Part shown: positions 40,071 to 50,229 of the stretch, piece by piece
How the letters are laid out: every line of letters begins with the position of its first letter
How positions within the stretch are numbered: position 1 is the stretch's first letter
Sequence record: PZ445517.1
Origin: a phage
Reading direction: 5' to 3' (one strand)
Length of the DNA stretch: 64,000 bases
The notes under the pieces: generated by a model
Told to the model about the DNA's origin: nothing
Databases searched by the model: none
The model's input: the letters and a program-made list of their open reading frames with translations, nothing else
Position numbers and translations under genes: made by a program

Positions 40071-41751
40071 TCTTAGCTAAACTAAATCTACCAACTTTTT
40101 CCATCTGAATATGCTGACCATATTCTTGTGGGTCATGGTCTTTATGTGAAATTATGAAGAAGTTGGTATCCTTCAAACCATCTAAAATTTTAGCTACATT
40201 TTTAATACCTTCAGCATCAAATGCACCGTCATACACTTCATCAAGAAATAAACAACTTATTTTAACACCTGAAACTTTTTCAGCAATATCACGCCAAGTA
40301 AATAAAAGAGCAATATCAATTCGCGCTTTTTCACCTTGACTGAATGAAGCATAACTAAAATCTTCACGACCACGGGATTTAATTGTCTCATTAAATTCTT
40401 CATCTAATGTAAACACATAATCCGCTTCCATTATTTTAAGATAATGGTTAATCTGCTTATTAAATAATGGAATGTACTTTTTAATAATAGCACCTTTAAT
40501 ACCAGAATCTTTGAGCATATCAGTCAAAATTCCTCGGTGGTATTTTTCCATTACTAAATTAGTTTTTGTCTTAACAATTTTATCAAGTTCTTCTTGAAGC
40601 AGTGCTATTTCATCAGCATGGTCAATAAACTCAGAAGATGCTTTTTCTATAGCTGCTTTAACTTTTTTAGCTTTATCTACTGTCGTGATTAGAGATTGCT
40701 TTTTATTGCGAATATCATTTGCTAACGACTGCTGGGTTTTAATATTATCTCGGTATTCATCAACAAGAACTTTTAAATTATCACGGTGTGTTGAAAGCTG
40801 TTCAAACGAATGCGTACATTCAGAAACTTTATCTTTAATTTTAGAAACAACTTTATCACCGGAACTTAATTGTGACAAGCAGGTTGGACATAATCCACCT
40901 TCGTGATACATATTAATGACTTTATTATACGAGTCAATTTTTGATTTAATTAAAACTGCTTCTTGACCGATTTTATTAAATGCATCAGTCGGGTCTTCAT
41001 CTAAAACAATATTAACTAATCTTTCATTAGCTTCTTCTATTTCCGATTTTAGCGTTCTAGCTTCTTTTGCCAAATCATCATACATATTTTGAAGACGAGT
41101 AAGGTTGTCACCCGTTAATTTTTTCTGGCGTTCAACGTTATCATTATATATTTTAATTTGTTGGATAATACTATCTTTTTTAACATCAAGCACTTGGTTT
41201 TGTGAATTTAATTCACGTATTAGCGCTTTATTAAGCTTATCCATTTCAGCTAATGTTCCTACCTCAAGCAGGTCTTCCACAAGCTTTCTTCGCGCAGGGG
41301 TCGACAAACCCATGAAAGGGGTATACCCTGCTGTACCAAGAACAACAATCTGCTTGAAACTGGCATATGACATTCCGATAAGCTGTTCAAATTCTGCTTG
41401 GAAATCTTTACTGCTGGCAGATTCATTAAGACGTGTACCGTTAACGGTGATTTCGAAAACGTTTGGTTTTTGTCCTCTTTTGATATAGTACTTTTTCTCA
41501 TCATATTCCATCCACAATTCAACTAAAAGTTCTTTCTTATTTGTGCTGTTTATTAATTGACCTTTCTTTACATCACGAAATGGCTTGCCAAAAAGCCCAA
41601 ATGTGATGGCTTCTAACATAGTAGACTTACCACCGCCATTTCGGCCAGTAATAAGAGTTTTTTGAACCTTATCTAATTGAATGTCAATAGGATTTCCACC
41701 TACTGACATTATATTTTGATACCTAACTCGGTTTAGTTTAAAATTCTTCAC
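40063..41751 (-). CDS. 46: recombination endonuclease subunit gp46 (Rad50/SbcC-like)
   Basis: 562 aa; Walker A GRNGGGKST, long coiled-coil, CPTC zinc hook, C-terminal ABC signature region. Confidence 0.9.
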   Translation of the reverse strand: MKNFKLNRVRYQNIMSVGGNPIDIQLDKVQKTLITGRNGGGKSTMLEAITFGLFGKPFRDVKKGQLINSTNKKELLVELWMEYDEKKYYIKRGQKPNVFEITVNGTRLNESASSKDFQAEFEQLIGMSYASFKQIVVLGTAGYTPFMGLSTPARRKLVEDLLEVGTLAEMDKLNKALIRELNSQNQVLDVKKDSIIQQIKIYNDNVERQKKLTGDNLTRLQNMYDDLAKEARTLKSEIEEANERLVNIVLDEDPTDAFNKIGQEAVLIKSKIDSYNKVINMYHEGGLCPTCLSQLSSGDKVVSKIKDKVSECTHSFEQLSTHRDNLKVLVDEYRDNIKTQQSLANDIRNKKQSLITTVDKAKKVKAAIEKASSEFIDHADEIALLQEELDKIVKTKTNLVMEKYHRGILTDMLKDSGIKGAIIKKYIPLFNKQINHYLKIMEADYVFTLDEEFNETIKSRGREDFSYASFSQGEKARIDIALLFTWRDIAEKVSGVKISCLFLDEVYDGAFDAEGIKNVAKILDGLKDTNFFIISHKDHDPQEYGQHIQMEKVGRFSLAKIS

Positions 41752-41963
41752 AAAAGATTCCTTTTAATGTATCTTTTAGACCATTCTATCATATCATCAT
41801 AATCTAAAAAGTATTCATCAAATTCAGCCATGCAAACAACACCTTGTGCTGCTTTTGATGTGATATAAATTATTCCAACATATCTAGAATCTTCTTCGGT
41901 ATAATCAATATTTGCTATGAATTCATCATTAATGTCAAATGTCGAAAACTTCACAGTATGCAT
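41748..41963 (-). CDS. hypothetical protein, about 71 aa
   Basis: start placed at an internal ATG to limit overlap with the upstream ORF; uncertain. Confidence 0.3.
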   Translation of the reverse strand: MHTVKFSTFDINDEFIANIDYTEEDSRYVGIIYITSKAAQGVVCMAEFDEYFLDYDDMIEWSKRYIKRNLL

Positions 41964-42198
41964 CCTTAATACAAGATACAGCCATATCTCGTAATGATTT
42001 AGGTGTGTCATTATCTAAAATGTTGAAGTTAAAAGATACAGCCCAGTCAGTGCAGACTGTAACCTTTTTAATACAATTATCTTCAACCTCTAGCGGTTCA
42101 AACCAATATTCAATAATTTCTTTATGACCAATATCATCTTTTACTTCGCATTCAAAATGCTGACTCATCATAACATTTTTAAATTCATCAAAAGTCAT
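41935..42198 (-). CDS. hypothetical protein, 87 aa
   Basis: ORF between genes 47 and 46. Confidence 0.35.
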   Translation of the reverse strand: MTFDEFKNVMMSQHFECEVKDDIGHKEIIEYWFEPLEVEDNCIKKVTVCTDWAVSFNFNILDNDTPKSLRDMAVSCIKDAYCEVFDI

Positions 42199-43214
42199 TG
42201 TGTTGCCTCTACATATAGCTGATTCGCATATTGAATAAGTGCTTCACGGTCAGAATCAGTGATGTCTGGAATTGCATTAATGTATTCTTCCATCAACGTC
42301 TGAAGAGATTGAACTTCAACTTCTTCACTTTCATCTGACTCGACAGAGTTATCAATTTTTGACACAACTCGTAATGAATGCACAACTTTTTCTAGTTCAG
42401 ATTCGAACTTCGTCAGATTTTTGTCTACCTCAGTTACTATAACACGTACTGATAGATTTGTAAAATCTTTATAGTCAATTTTTCCTTTAAATGGATAATG
42501 AATTCTACGATGCCAGGTAGTATTGTTTGGAATAAATTCCATTCGTTCTGTTTCTGTATCAAACATCCAGAACCCACGAGGGTCATTCTCGTCACCTGCA
42601 GTTAGTGTCCATGGTGTCCCAATATATCTGACGTTAGCAGCCTCAGAGATAGTATGGAAGTGACCAGACCACACTTCTTTATAAGTCTTAAGGAAATCAG
42701 GTTCAAGACCATGAGATTTCATTCCTTTATAAAAATAAAATCCGTTCAGTTCCCAGTGACCAACGCAAAAAGAAGCAGATGAAGTTTTGATGTGTTCAAG
42801 AATTTCACCAGTATTTTCTTCACACATCCAAGGAATTAAATCAATTAAACATCCGTCAAAATCTACTGTAGTAGGCTTATCATACACTTTAACATTAGGA
42901 TATTTAGCCAAAAGCTCAGTAGAGGCATTTGGATGCATTACATTTTTATAGTGGAGATCGTGATTTCCTACAATAGTATGTAATGTAATTCCAGCATCAT
43001 CAAGCGTTTGAACTATTTCACGAGCGAACTCCATAGTTTTATGTGTGATTGCTTTTCGCACATCAAAAATATCACCATATTGAATCCATACAGTAATTCC
43101 ATTTTTCTTAGAATATTCTATCGCTTGCTTAATTCCATCAATTTGAATACCGCGAATCCACTCATCATCGGCTTTAACGCCTAAATGCCAATCACCTAAA
43201 TTTAAAATTTTCAT
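42195..43214 (-). CDS. 47: recombination exonuclease subunit gp47 (Mre11/SbcD-like)
   Basis: 339 aa, same length as T4 gp47; phosphoesterase motifs LNLGDWHLG, GDIFD, GNHD. Confidence 0.9.
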   Translation of the reverse strand: MKILNLGDWHLGVKADDEWIRGIQIDGIKQAIEYSKKNGITVWIQYGDIFDVRKAITHKTMEFAREIVQTLDDAGITLHTIVGNHDLHYKNVMHPNASTELLAKYPNVKVYDKPTTVDFDGCLIDLIPWMCEENTGEILEHIKTSSASFCVGHWELNGFYFYKGMKSHGLEPDFLKTYKEVWSGHFHTISEAANVRYIGTPWTLTAGDENDPRGFWMFDTETERMEFIPNNTTWHRRIHYPFKGKIDYKDFTNLSVRVIVTEVDKNLTKFESELEKVVHSLRVVSKIDNSVESDESEEVEVQSLQTLMEEYINAIPDITDSDREALIQYANQLYVEATQ

Positions 43215-43351
43215 ATATCAAGAACCGTCATTGAAATGCAAAATAAAATTATTGAAATAAACCCATCTGGTGTGCTAAAGAACCCAATCCAACATGCTCT
43301 AGTGAATAGATAAAATGCAAGAAAAAGTATCACATATCCAAGAAATATCAT
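43211..43351 (-). CDS. small membrane peptide, 46 aa
   Basis: hand-translated MIFLGYVILFLAFYLFTRACWIGFFSTPDGFISIILFCISMTVLDI; stop overlaps the gene 47 ATG (ATGA). Confidence 0.35.
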   Translation of the reverse strand: MIFLGYVILFLAFYLFTRACWIGFFSTPDGFISIILFCISMTVLDI

Positions 43352-43390
43352 TATATCAAACTCCGTATAAAGCTAAAGGGCCGAAGCCCT

Positions 43391-44593
43391 TTATTTTGTA
43401 ATAATGTCAAACTGTTCTTTAAAGCAGAAGCTTGAATCTTGATGCTGATACAAAAATTCATATGCTTTTTCTCGCTCACGGTCATAAAGAGCTCGGTCAG
43501 ATGACAGTTCTTTAATACGTTCAAATGTTGATTCCATATCATTTTCATCAAACCAAATGATACCGCTATCATGCGAGGTCAAAGGAGTATTATCAACACG
43601 GAATTTTAAATTTTCGCCAGTAGATTTCCAAAATACCGGAATTGTTCCACATGCACCAAGCTCGAGATGAGTATATTCTAAAGAACGTTGTAGATATTTT
43701 TTGTCCAACTTACTCAGCTGATAACCAAATCCGGATTTACTCATGCGTTCAAGCATTTCGCTATTTACATAACGGTCAAGAATTTGCGTTGGCAAATTAG
43801 GAGCAATTTTAATTTGGTCTACTTGATGAAGACGATAATACTCGTATGGAATTCCTTTTTCTTTAATAGGAATGAACGCTGGAGAACGTTCCAGACCTTC
43901 CATAATAGTACTTAGTCCTGCAGGTTTAAGATGTTTTTCGTGAAAATCAAACATCTGATAAAAACCTTTCCATGTAGTCGTACGACCAATCCAACGGTTG
44001 ATATTCATGTTAATTTCAGAAACATCTTTCCAGTAGGTTGACCGAACCTTCGCAATATCCATAGGAGGCTGAAAGTTATATACTGTCGGTGCTTCTTCAA
44101 TATCATCAAACAGAGAAACTGTTTCTGGATACCATTCTTTCATCAGAACTTTATTAAAATCGCCATTATCAGAATGACTAAAAATAACATCAGCTCGACG
44201 AACAGTTTCTTCTAATCCCAAATTTCGGCGCAAAGAAAGAGAAGAATGGTCATGTTGATAAACTACAACACGAACAGAAGGTTTAATGTTATCAATAATT
44301 TTTTTATAGTTATTAATAGTGTCTTCTTCAACCGAAGTAGCAGGAACTGAATTGATAATTAGAATATCACAATCATTTACCAGCTTAAGTGTTTTATCAT
44401 ATTCTTTTGCCAATAAAACCGGAATTGAAAATGATTTATAATCATGCGCGCAATTACGAGTAAATGATTTATCTTTAGCATAAACCAAAGTTACTTCATG
44501 ACCATTTTTAATAAACCAATCACGTTGCTCAAGAGAAAATTTAGTTACACCACAACCTTCAAGACCTCGAGCCATAAAAATACATACTTTCAT
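43391..44593 (-). CDS. a-gt: DNA alpha-glucosyltransferase
   Basis: 400 aa, same length as T4 alpha-gt; N-terminus M-x-x-CIFMARGLEGCGVTKFSLEQRDWFIKNGHEV. Confidence 0.85.
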   Translation of the reverse strand: MKVCIFMARGLEGCGVTKFSLEQRDWFIKNGHEVTLVYAKDKSFTRNCAHDYKSFSIPVLLAKEYDKTLKLVNDCDILIINSVPATSVEEDTINNYKKIIDNIKPSVRVVVYQHDHSSLSLRRNLGLEETVRRADVIFSHSDNGDFNKVLMKEWYPETVSLFDDIEEAPTVYNFQPPMDIAKVRSTYWKDVSEINMNINRWIGRTTTWKGFYQMFDFHEKHLKPAGLSTIMEGLERSPAFIPIKEKGIPYEYYRLHQVDQIKIAPNLPTQILDRYVNSEMLERMSKSGFGYQLSKLDKKYLQRSLEYTHLELGACGTIPVFWKSTGENLKFRVDNTPLTSHDSGIIWFDENDMESTFERIKELSSDRALYDREREKAYEFLYQHQDSSFCFKEQFDIITK

Positions 44594-44836
44594 TTAATAT
44601 CCTCTTTGTTTTGGTTTATTTTACCAAAAATTTATAAAGCAATATAGGAGCCGAAGCTCCTATCCACATAATACGCCATACAGAGGCTCGTTAGAACTTT
44701 TAAATTTTATGCGCTTATATGTTATAGTTCCTTCTGCTTTAGCTTTATCATGAGACTCTTTAAAGCGTCTCATCATTTCCTCTTTAGAGGAACGAATTTT
44801 ATTATAATCTATTTCAGAAGTCTGGATGTTCATCTT

Positions 44837-45043
44837 TCACAGTTGCCACCATTTTTTGACTTGATAAGAATCAACCCACACTTTCATATTAGGGTCTGCT
44901 CTTACAATAGGAGGATTAACTTCTTTAATTGAACTATCATGGTATTCTTTTTCAGAAATTTTCACACAAAGATGACCATTCAAAGATTCAGTAAATCCTG
45001 CATTAATTTTAAGACGCTTGAATTTTACGTGTGTAAGCATCAA
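44837..45043 (-). CDS. hypothetical protein, 68 aa
   Basis: ORF. Confidence 0.3.
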   Translation of the reverse strand: MMLTHVKFKRLKINAGFTESLNGHLCVKISEKEYHDSSIKEVNPPIVRADPNMKVWVDSYQVKKWWQL

Positions 45044-45326
45044 TCATATCCTCAATCTGTGATCTAGTAGTCTTCCAAAGAATACTAATGAGTTCATCGT
45101 TATATGGTTGTTTTAGAATATCCCGACTTTTCTTGATAGCATATTCGTATTGAGCAAAATTATTGTTTTCAGCTGCAATCTGAGCGTGCTTATAAAGACG
45201 ATTCAGTTCGCGTTTGTTTTTAGACAATAACTTATTTGCTTTTCTTTCTGCTTCAAGACGGTTCTTTTCTTCAATAGAAGAAATAAGCTTTTCCACTTCA
45301 TCATTAATTTCGGGTTTATCAGTCAT
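45009..45326 (-). CDS. hypothetical protein, 105 aa
   Basis: ORF. Confidence 0.4.
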   Translation of the reverse strand: MTDKPEINDEVEKLISSIEEKNRLEAERKANKLLSKNKRELNRLYKHAQIAAENNNFAQYEYAIKKSRDILKQPYNDELISILWKTTRSQIEDMIDAYTRKIQAS

Positions 45327-45327
45327 A

Positions 45328-45573
45328 TTATTTCTCTAATATAAAATAAAAATCATCATCTGTTAAATGATACCGATAGTTTAATTCTACACCATTAGAT
45401 TTAAAAGCGGTATCATACGGATTTTCTGGATCAATATCAATGTCAAGAGCTAAAACTTCCCTGAGATACATTTTAAGTAAATAGGGAATAGCTTCAACTT
45501 CAGGTATTTCTTCCAAGAATCCGGAGAGGTTAATCGTTAGCCTCATATAAAAAATCCAAACTAGGAGAATCAT
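45328..45573 (-). CDS. hypothetical protein, 81 aa
   Basis: ORF immediately downstream of gene 55. Confidence 0.4.
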
Positions 45574-46087
45574 CTACAACACTTTTCTTTTCAGCCCCCG
45601 GTGTTCTATAGGTTGATTCTTCGTAATGCGTCATTTTATCGTAGATGTCTTGAATAAAAGTTTCATCTACTAACGCAACCATATCGTCGTCACGGCTGTC
45701 ATAGACATTGTGAACGAAGTAACTATATTTCTTTGCAACTTCCTTACGTTCTTTTTTAATACGTTGGACGAATGCATTAAAACAAGCTTGAGTTATATAT
45801 GCATGTGGGTTTTTATATTTCGTTTCATCAAAATTATGAAGCCCCTTAATAGAAGCTTCTATACCATCTGCAATCATTTCTTGTTTCCAAGACTGGGTGT
45901 ATCCTGAAAAGTTGAAACGTTTAGATAAGCCTTCTGCAATAAGCATAATGGCTAATCCGATAGTATCATTCTGACGAACTACTTTATTTGGGTCTTTATT
46001 ATTTGCTAATTCTGTTTTCCAATCAATAATAGCTTGTAAAAGCTCTTTATTGTTTACGTAATTATATTTAGGCTTAGTTTCTGACAT
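45530..46087 (-). CDS. 55: late-transcription sigma factor gp55
   Basis: 185 aa from ATG 46085-46087 ([23 protein letters not shown]...), same length as T4 gp55; track ORF begins at an upstream GTG. Confidence 0.85.
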
Positions 46088-46165
46088 TTTCACCTCTTAG
46101 CTCAATTCATAGATCTATTATATCATAATATTTGAAGATCTATCTTAAAGCATAGAGGATATCAG

Positions 46166-46435
46166 TTATCTAAGTAAACAGTATGCTTGGAATACTTTTT
46201 CCATCATCTTTTTAAATTCATGAATATCTATATAATGACTAGTTAGATCAGCATGATATAAAAAGTCTAAAAACTTTTCATGTGTGCTAACATATTCGCT
46301 TTCATTTAATTCAGAAACATGGCTTTCCCAATATCCAACACCAGTCTTATTTGGGAAAAATGAAATTTTCATGCATTGATCAACATAGAAAATGCCATAA
46401 TTTTCAATAGTAATAGAAATATTAATAAATTTCAT
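46166..46435 (-). CDS. hypothetical protein, 89 aa
   Basis: ORF in 55-nrdH interval. Confidence 0.4.
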   Translation of the reverse strand: MKFINISITIENYGIFYVDQCMKISFFPNKTGVGYWESHVSELNESEYVSTHEKFLDFLYHADLTSHYIDIHEFKKMMEKVFQAYCLLR

Positions 46436-46647
46436 ACATTCATCAGCTTAGCCGCTCCAAGAGCTGCATCTAGTGAATCAAATTGGTCAACATATTCAAT
46501 CAATTCGCCGTAATTGGCATATAACCACCATTGGCTAAATTCATACTCAAGGATGAATCCATTTCCTTCAATTTGAGTTAAACCAATGTCATTTGTATTT
46601 ACTTCATACCCAGCGAGACGTAAATCGTTAATAAGAGCTTCGTTCAT
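46432..46647 (-). CDS. hypothetical protein, 71 aa
   Basis: ORF. Confidence 0.4.
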   Translation of the reverse strand: MNEALINDLRLAGYEVNTNDIGLTQIEGNGFILEYEFSQWWLYANYGELIEYVDQFDSLDAALGAAKLMNV

Positions 46648-46649
46648 AA

Positions 46650-46976
46650 TTATACCTTAGTAATTTTCAGGTCTGCAAATTTTTTCTTGCGTTGATTTTT
46701 CATGCGACGAATAGTTTTATCGGAAATTTCATGCTTTTGATAAGCTTTAGATTCTACACCAAAAGCTTTAACATCAAATTCTGACAAGATATATTGAACC
46801 AACAATTCACGGATAGTATTACGTCCAATCTTCTGATCATTCTGTTTCATCGTCTGATGAAGCTCTTTTTCCCATTTATCCAAAATTTGAGGAGTTACAA
46901 TATCGCCTTTTTCTAGCAAAGAAACTACTTTATCATATGCGTAAGAATTGATGGCGTTTTTAATTTGAATAGTCAT
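46650..46976 (-). CDS. hypothetical protein, 108 aa
   Basis: ORF. Confidence 0.4.
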   Translation of the reverse strand: MTIQIKNAINSYAYDKVVSLLEKGDIVTPQILDKWEKELHQTMKQNDQKIGRNTIRELLVQYILSEFDVKAFGVESKAYQKHEISDKTIRRMKNQRKKKFADLKITKV

Positions 46977-47028
46977 ACATTATTCTCAATTACGTTAAAA
47001 TTTTATTATCCAAAAAGGGCCGAAGCCC

Positions 47029-47229
47029 TTAGCTAAACTTTTTGGCACCCTTCCAGCCTTCATACATCATTGCGGCTGATATTAATATTGCTCCTGAGCA
47101 ACTTGAATATTTGTGATTCCAAAACCAGTTTAGAAAAACTTCGTCATCAATACCTTGGGCTATCATATTTTCAAAGAACTGACGACGAGCTTCGGCAATT
47201 CGCTGCGATAATTTAGATTCAGGATTCAT
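47029..47229 (-). CDS. hypothetical protein, 66 aa
   Basis: ORF. Confidence 0.35.
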   Translation of the reverse strand: MNPESKLSQRIAEARRQFFENMIAQGIDDEVFLNWFWNHKYSSCSGAILISAAMMYEGWKGAKKFS

Positions 47230-47361
47230 TTAAATTTTCCAGTTACCATTTTCATCAATAAATTTAATCCAGTCATTTACTGACCACTTAGTTGTATCAC
47301 CTTTTGGAGTAACATTTAAAGTGTATAACCCCTGCTTAAAAAGCATTCGTTTGATATTCAT
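47230..47361 (-). CDS. hypothetical protein, 43 aa
   Basis: internal ATG with GAGGA upstream; uncertain. Confidence 0.3.
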   Translation of the reverse strand: MNIKRMLFKQGLYTLNVTPKGDTTKWSVNDWIKFIDENGNWKI

Positions 47362-47368
47362 ATTTTCC

Positions 47369-47662
47369 TCAGCTGTAACGATAACACTCGTTTGATTTAC
47401 GTTTAGCAACTCGTTGAGAAGTATTATAATCAAAATCATCGTCAATGTAAACTGATTTTTTCAACTTTCTTACTTCACCGCGTAATTGACGATTTAGCTC
47501 ATCTTTAACTTCTGAATCAATACCTTTCATTCTACGCCATTTATCTGAGCGAAAAATGTTTTCAACCATATCTTTATGACTTACACCATCAGGAGCTTTA
47601 CGCTTTCCGAAATAGTCATAATCACGTACTTTTAAATCTTTACGACGATACGTTTTACCCAT
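47369..47662 (-). CDS. hypothetical basic protein, 97 aa
   Basis: start MGKTYRRKDLK... at ATG 47660-47662, overlapping the upstream stop (ATGGGTAA). Confidence 0.4.
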   Translation of the reverse strand: MGKTYRRKDLKVRDYDYFGKRKAPDGVSHKDMVENIFRSDKWRRMKGIDSEVKDELNRQLRGEVRKLKKSVYIDDDFDYNTSQRVAKRKSNECYRYS

Positions 47663-47831
47663 GGAGTTTAATTTCCTTAGCAACTGAACTAAATACAGCA
47701 CGATCACAAACCATGCGTTTGTTCCATTTAATCACAGTATAATGAACATCTAGATCATCGACTGCTGTAACAATAACGATATGTCCGTTAACACGATAGT
47801 ACTGGTCAATTTTAATCTCTTTATCAACCAT
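47655..47831 (-). CDS. hypothetical protein, 58 aa
   Basis: hand-translated MVDKEIKIDQYYRVNGHIVIVTAVDDLDVHYTVIKWNKRMVCDR...; first gene after the early promoter at 47862-47891. Confidence 0.35.
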   Translation of the reverse strand: MVDKEIKIDQYYRVNGHIVIVTAVDDLDVHYTVIKWNKRMVCDRAVFSSVAKEIKLHG

Positions 47832-47861
47832 ATCAATTCCTCAAAGGTAATTCATATGTTA

Positions 47862-47891
47862 ATAATACCACGGTTTGAACCTGTTGTAAAC
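47862..47891 (-). promoter_or_regulatory. T4-type early promoter
   Basis: GTTTAC (47886-47891 rc), 18 nt, TATTAT. Confidence 0.5.
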
Positions 47892-47989
47892 AACTTTGTG
47901 AAAAATATTTTAGGGAATGATAAGAAAGGAACGATAGCTTAGAATGGTAATATACAGAATGTGAGAAAGAAAGGCCCAGAGGGCCCGTC

Positions 47990-48313
47990 TTAATCTTCTA
48001 TGATATCTCTATCATATCCAAGTGAAATGAGAGTTTCTTTGAAGTGTTTAATGTTCTTTTGTCTAGAATCATTAATGAAAATGACTGGATAACGAATGTT
48101 AAGAGATGTGAATCCAGCGCGTTTAGCAAGAGATACAATCAGTGGACGATCATACTCAATCTTACCGTTATTTGTAAGAACTTTATAGAAAGTAAAAGGA
48201 GCATTGAGCTCCTTTAGAAGTTTTGTAACTGATTGACATCCAGGACAACGACCTACTTCATCTGGAATTCCATAGACTTCAATCTTATTCTTTAAGTTCG
48301 AGTTTTGTTCCAC
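47990..48313 (-). CDS. nrdH: glutaredoxin / NrdH-like redoxin
   Basis: about 107 aa from GTG 48311-48313 (AAGGA upstream); ...KIEVYGIPDEVGRCPGCQSVTKLL... CxxC active site; sits beside nrdG. Confidence 0.45.
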   Translation of the reverse strand: MEQNSNLKNKIEVYGIPDEVGRCPGCQSVTKLLKELNAPFTFYKVLTNNGKIEYDRPLIVSLAKRAGFTSLNIRYPVIFINDSRQKNIKHFKETLISLGYDRDIIED

Positions 48314-48596
48314 GAGAAATAATTCCTTGGTAAGCCCAATAAGGAGGATTAACAGAATCCTCACCAGAGTTTTCTTCAGGAAAATAAACCTGGATAACAA
48401 ATCCAGACGCATCAAAGGTAAAATAAACCGTAGGTAGTTCACCTAACAATTCGGCACGAGTATTAATTTCTTCGAGATCTCGTTCACGTCCAGCCCAAAA
48501 ACTAGGATTTAGACTACATTCGTAAAAATAATAGTCATTACCGAACATATCAAAACCCTTCCAACTCTCTACCACATACCGCTCAAAACTAATCAT
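48285..48596 (-). CDS. hypothetical protein, 103 aa
   Basis: ORF. Confidence 0.4.
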   Translation of the reverse strand: MISFERYVVESWKGFDMFGNDYYFYECSLNPSFWAGRERDLEEINTRAELLGELPTVYFTFDASGFVIQVYFPEENSGEDSVNPPYWAYQGIISRGTKLELKE

Positions 48597-48598
48597 AA

Positions 48599-48814
48599 TT
48601 AAGCCTTTTTATCAAGAACAGAATTCAGTTTGTTAGTAATTTTATCCAGACGCTCATTAAACTCACTAGAAGATAAGCCCTTTTCTGGAGAAATTAAACT
48701 AATAACGAAAAATATAGCAATAAAAGGAATAAGGAAAATAGCTCCAACTGCCATAAACAGAAAGAATGTTACAGTTGTAAGAAAATCAGCTAAACCTTTA
48801 CGAAATTTATACAT
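48599..48814 (-). CDS. hypothetical membrane protein, 71 aa
   Basis: hydrophobic segment FFLFMAVGAIFLIPFIAIFFVISLI. Confidence 0.4.
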   Translation of the reverse strand: MYKFRKGLADFLTTVTFFLFMAVGAIFLIPFIAIFFVISLISPEKGLSSSEFNERLDKITNKLNSVLDKKA

Positions 48815-48929
48815 ATTTTACCCTTAATTAATTAACAAAGCATTGATAAGTACTAAACTATATTGGGAATAAAATTCTGGACCAAAATGAAAAATCATAT
48901 CATTTATAGTATCCATAATGCAATTCAAT

Positions 48930-49400
48930 TTAATCATGTTTCCACACCCCATCGGTATTTGACCAAAGTCGCTGATTATCTGATCCTCGCCACAGCTTTT
49001 TAGTCGGAAGATTTTTCTCATACTTCCCATCAATAATAACATCAACATATTTAAGCATTTCTAGTTGTTTAATATCTTCAAACTTATATCCTGTCCACAA
49101 CCAAATGCTTTTATTGGGATAAAGATTTTTAATAGTTTGAACCACAGAGTGAATCACGTCTCTGTTATCAGGATAAAGAGGGTCACCTCCGGTTATAGTC
49201 AATCCTTCTATATAATCATTATTCAAACATTCAATTAATTGTTCTAGTGTTTCACCAGTGAATGGAACACCATTTCTAGCATTCCATGTTGATTTATTAT
49301 AACACCCTTCGCATTTATGCAAACAACCCGTAACGAAAAGAACTGTCCTGCATCCAGGACCATTAACAAAGCAGCACGGGTATATTCTGTCATAATTCAT
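48930..49400 (-). CDS. nrdG: anaerobic ribonucleotide reductase activating protein NrdG (radical SAM)
   Basis: 156 aa, same length as T4 NrdG; Cys cluster CLHKCEGC. Confidence 0.85.
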   Translation of the reverse strand: MNYDRIYPCCFVNGPGCRTVLFVTGCLHKCEGCYNKSTWNARNGVPFTGETLEQLIECLNNDYIEGLTITGGDPLYPDNRDVIHSVVQTIKNLYPNKSIWLWTGYKFEDIKQLEMLKYVDVIIDGKYEKNLPTKKLWRGSDNQRLWSNTDGVWKHD

Positions 49401-50229
49401 TTATATATTTCCAATTATAGCCTTCAACACTTTTACGTTCGCCATTTAAACATTTTAAAATATTTCCTTTGCTAGAAATATTAAAATATTTTGCTGCGTC
49501 TGGTATATAATTAAATGTTTTTAAAAGAACACCATCTTTATATGCGCCAAATAAATTAAGAGTATATTTTTCTCGAAGACGCTGATGTTTCCTTTTCATA
49601 ACCTCAGGATTTGCATACGCCAACTTCAATGAATTTCTGTGTTTTTCTTTTACTTCAGGTTTTTGCATTGCTAACTTAGTTAGCCTGGAAATTTTATTTC
49701 TAACTTCGTCAGTTTTCATTGCATTTGACAAATTTAATAAAGTTTTATTTCTAACTTCAGGTTTTTGCATTGCTAACTTAGTTAGTTCTCTATGTCTTTT
49801 TCTAAAATCGTCATCCTTCCATATATTTTTCGATAATTTTGACATAGAGCGGTGAAATAATTCCTTTTCACTGGAATACAATTTAAAAATTTCATCCAAT
49901 TCATCCGCATTAAATCTATCGGTATTCGAGTTTATCATTCTATGAAAGGCATAACACATTTTACTATTGCTTGTTTTAGCTAAATAGTAATGAGCTAACG
50001 CATGGTCATAATATGACAAATTAACAATATTCCATTTATCTGTTTTATATTCAGGAAATATAGATTTGGGAAGCACGTGATGTGCTTCCGTTTTTCCTTT
50101 TATTTTAGGATTATTATAATTTTTTGTTATCAAATCAACATATGACAATAGTAAATCATTATTTTCTTCAAATATTAAAGCTAATTTATCATTCACAAAA
50201 TCGCAAGGATAAAATCTATCATAATTCAT
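49390..50229 (-). mobile_element. Mob-type HNH homing endonuclease inserted between nrdD and nrdG
   Basis: 279 aa; HNH motif ...EAHHVLPKSIFPE...NIVNLSYYDHALAH; first 13 codons MNYDRFYPCDFVN echo the nrdG N-terminus MNYDRIYPCCFVN; tandem LTKLAMQKPEV repeats. Confidence 0.8.
49652..49785. repeat. 32-bp perfect direct repeat pair inside the HNH gene
   Basis: acttcaggtttttgcattgctaacttagttag at 49652-49683 and 49754-49785; encodes the repeated LTKLAMQKPEV module. Confidence 0.7.

Noticed and set aside
43351-43572. 73-aa minus-strand ORF overlapping the 3' end of alpha-gt
   Set aside because: Lies within the alpha-glucosyltransferase reading region in another frame; the 46-aa membrane ORF at 43211..43351 explains the intergenic coding signal better.
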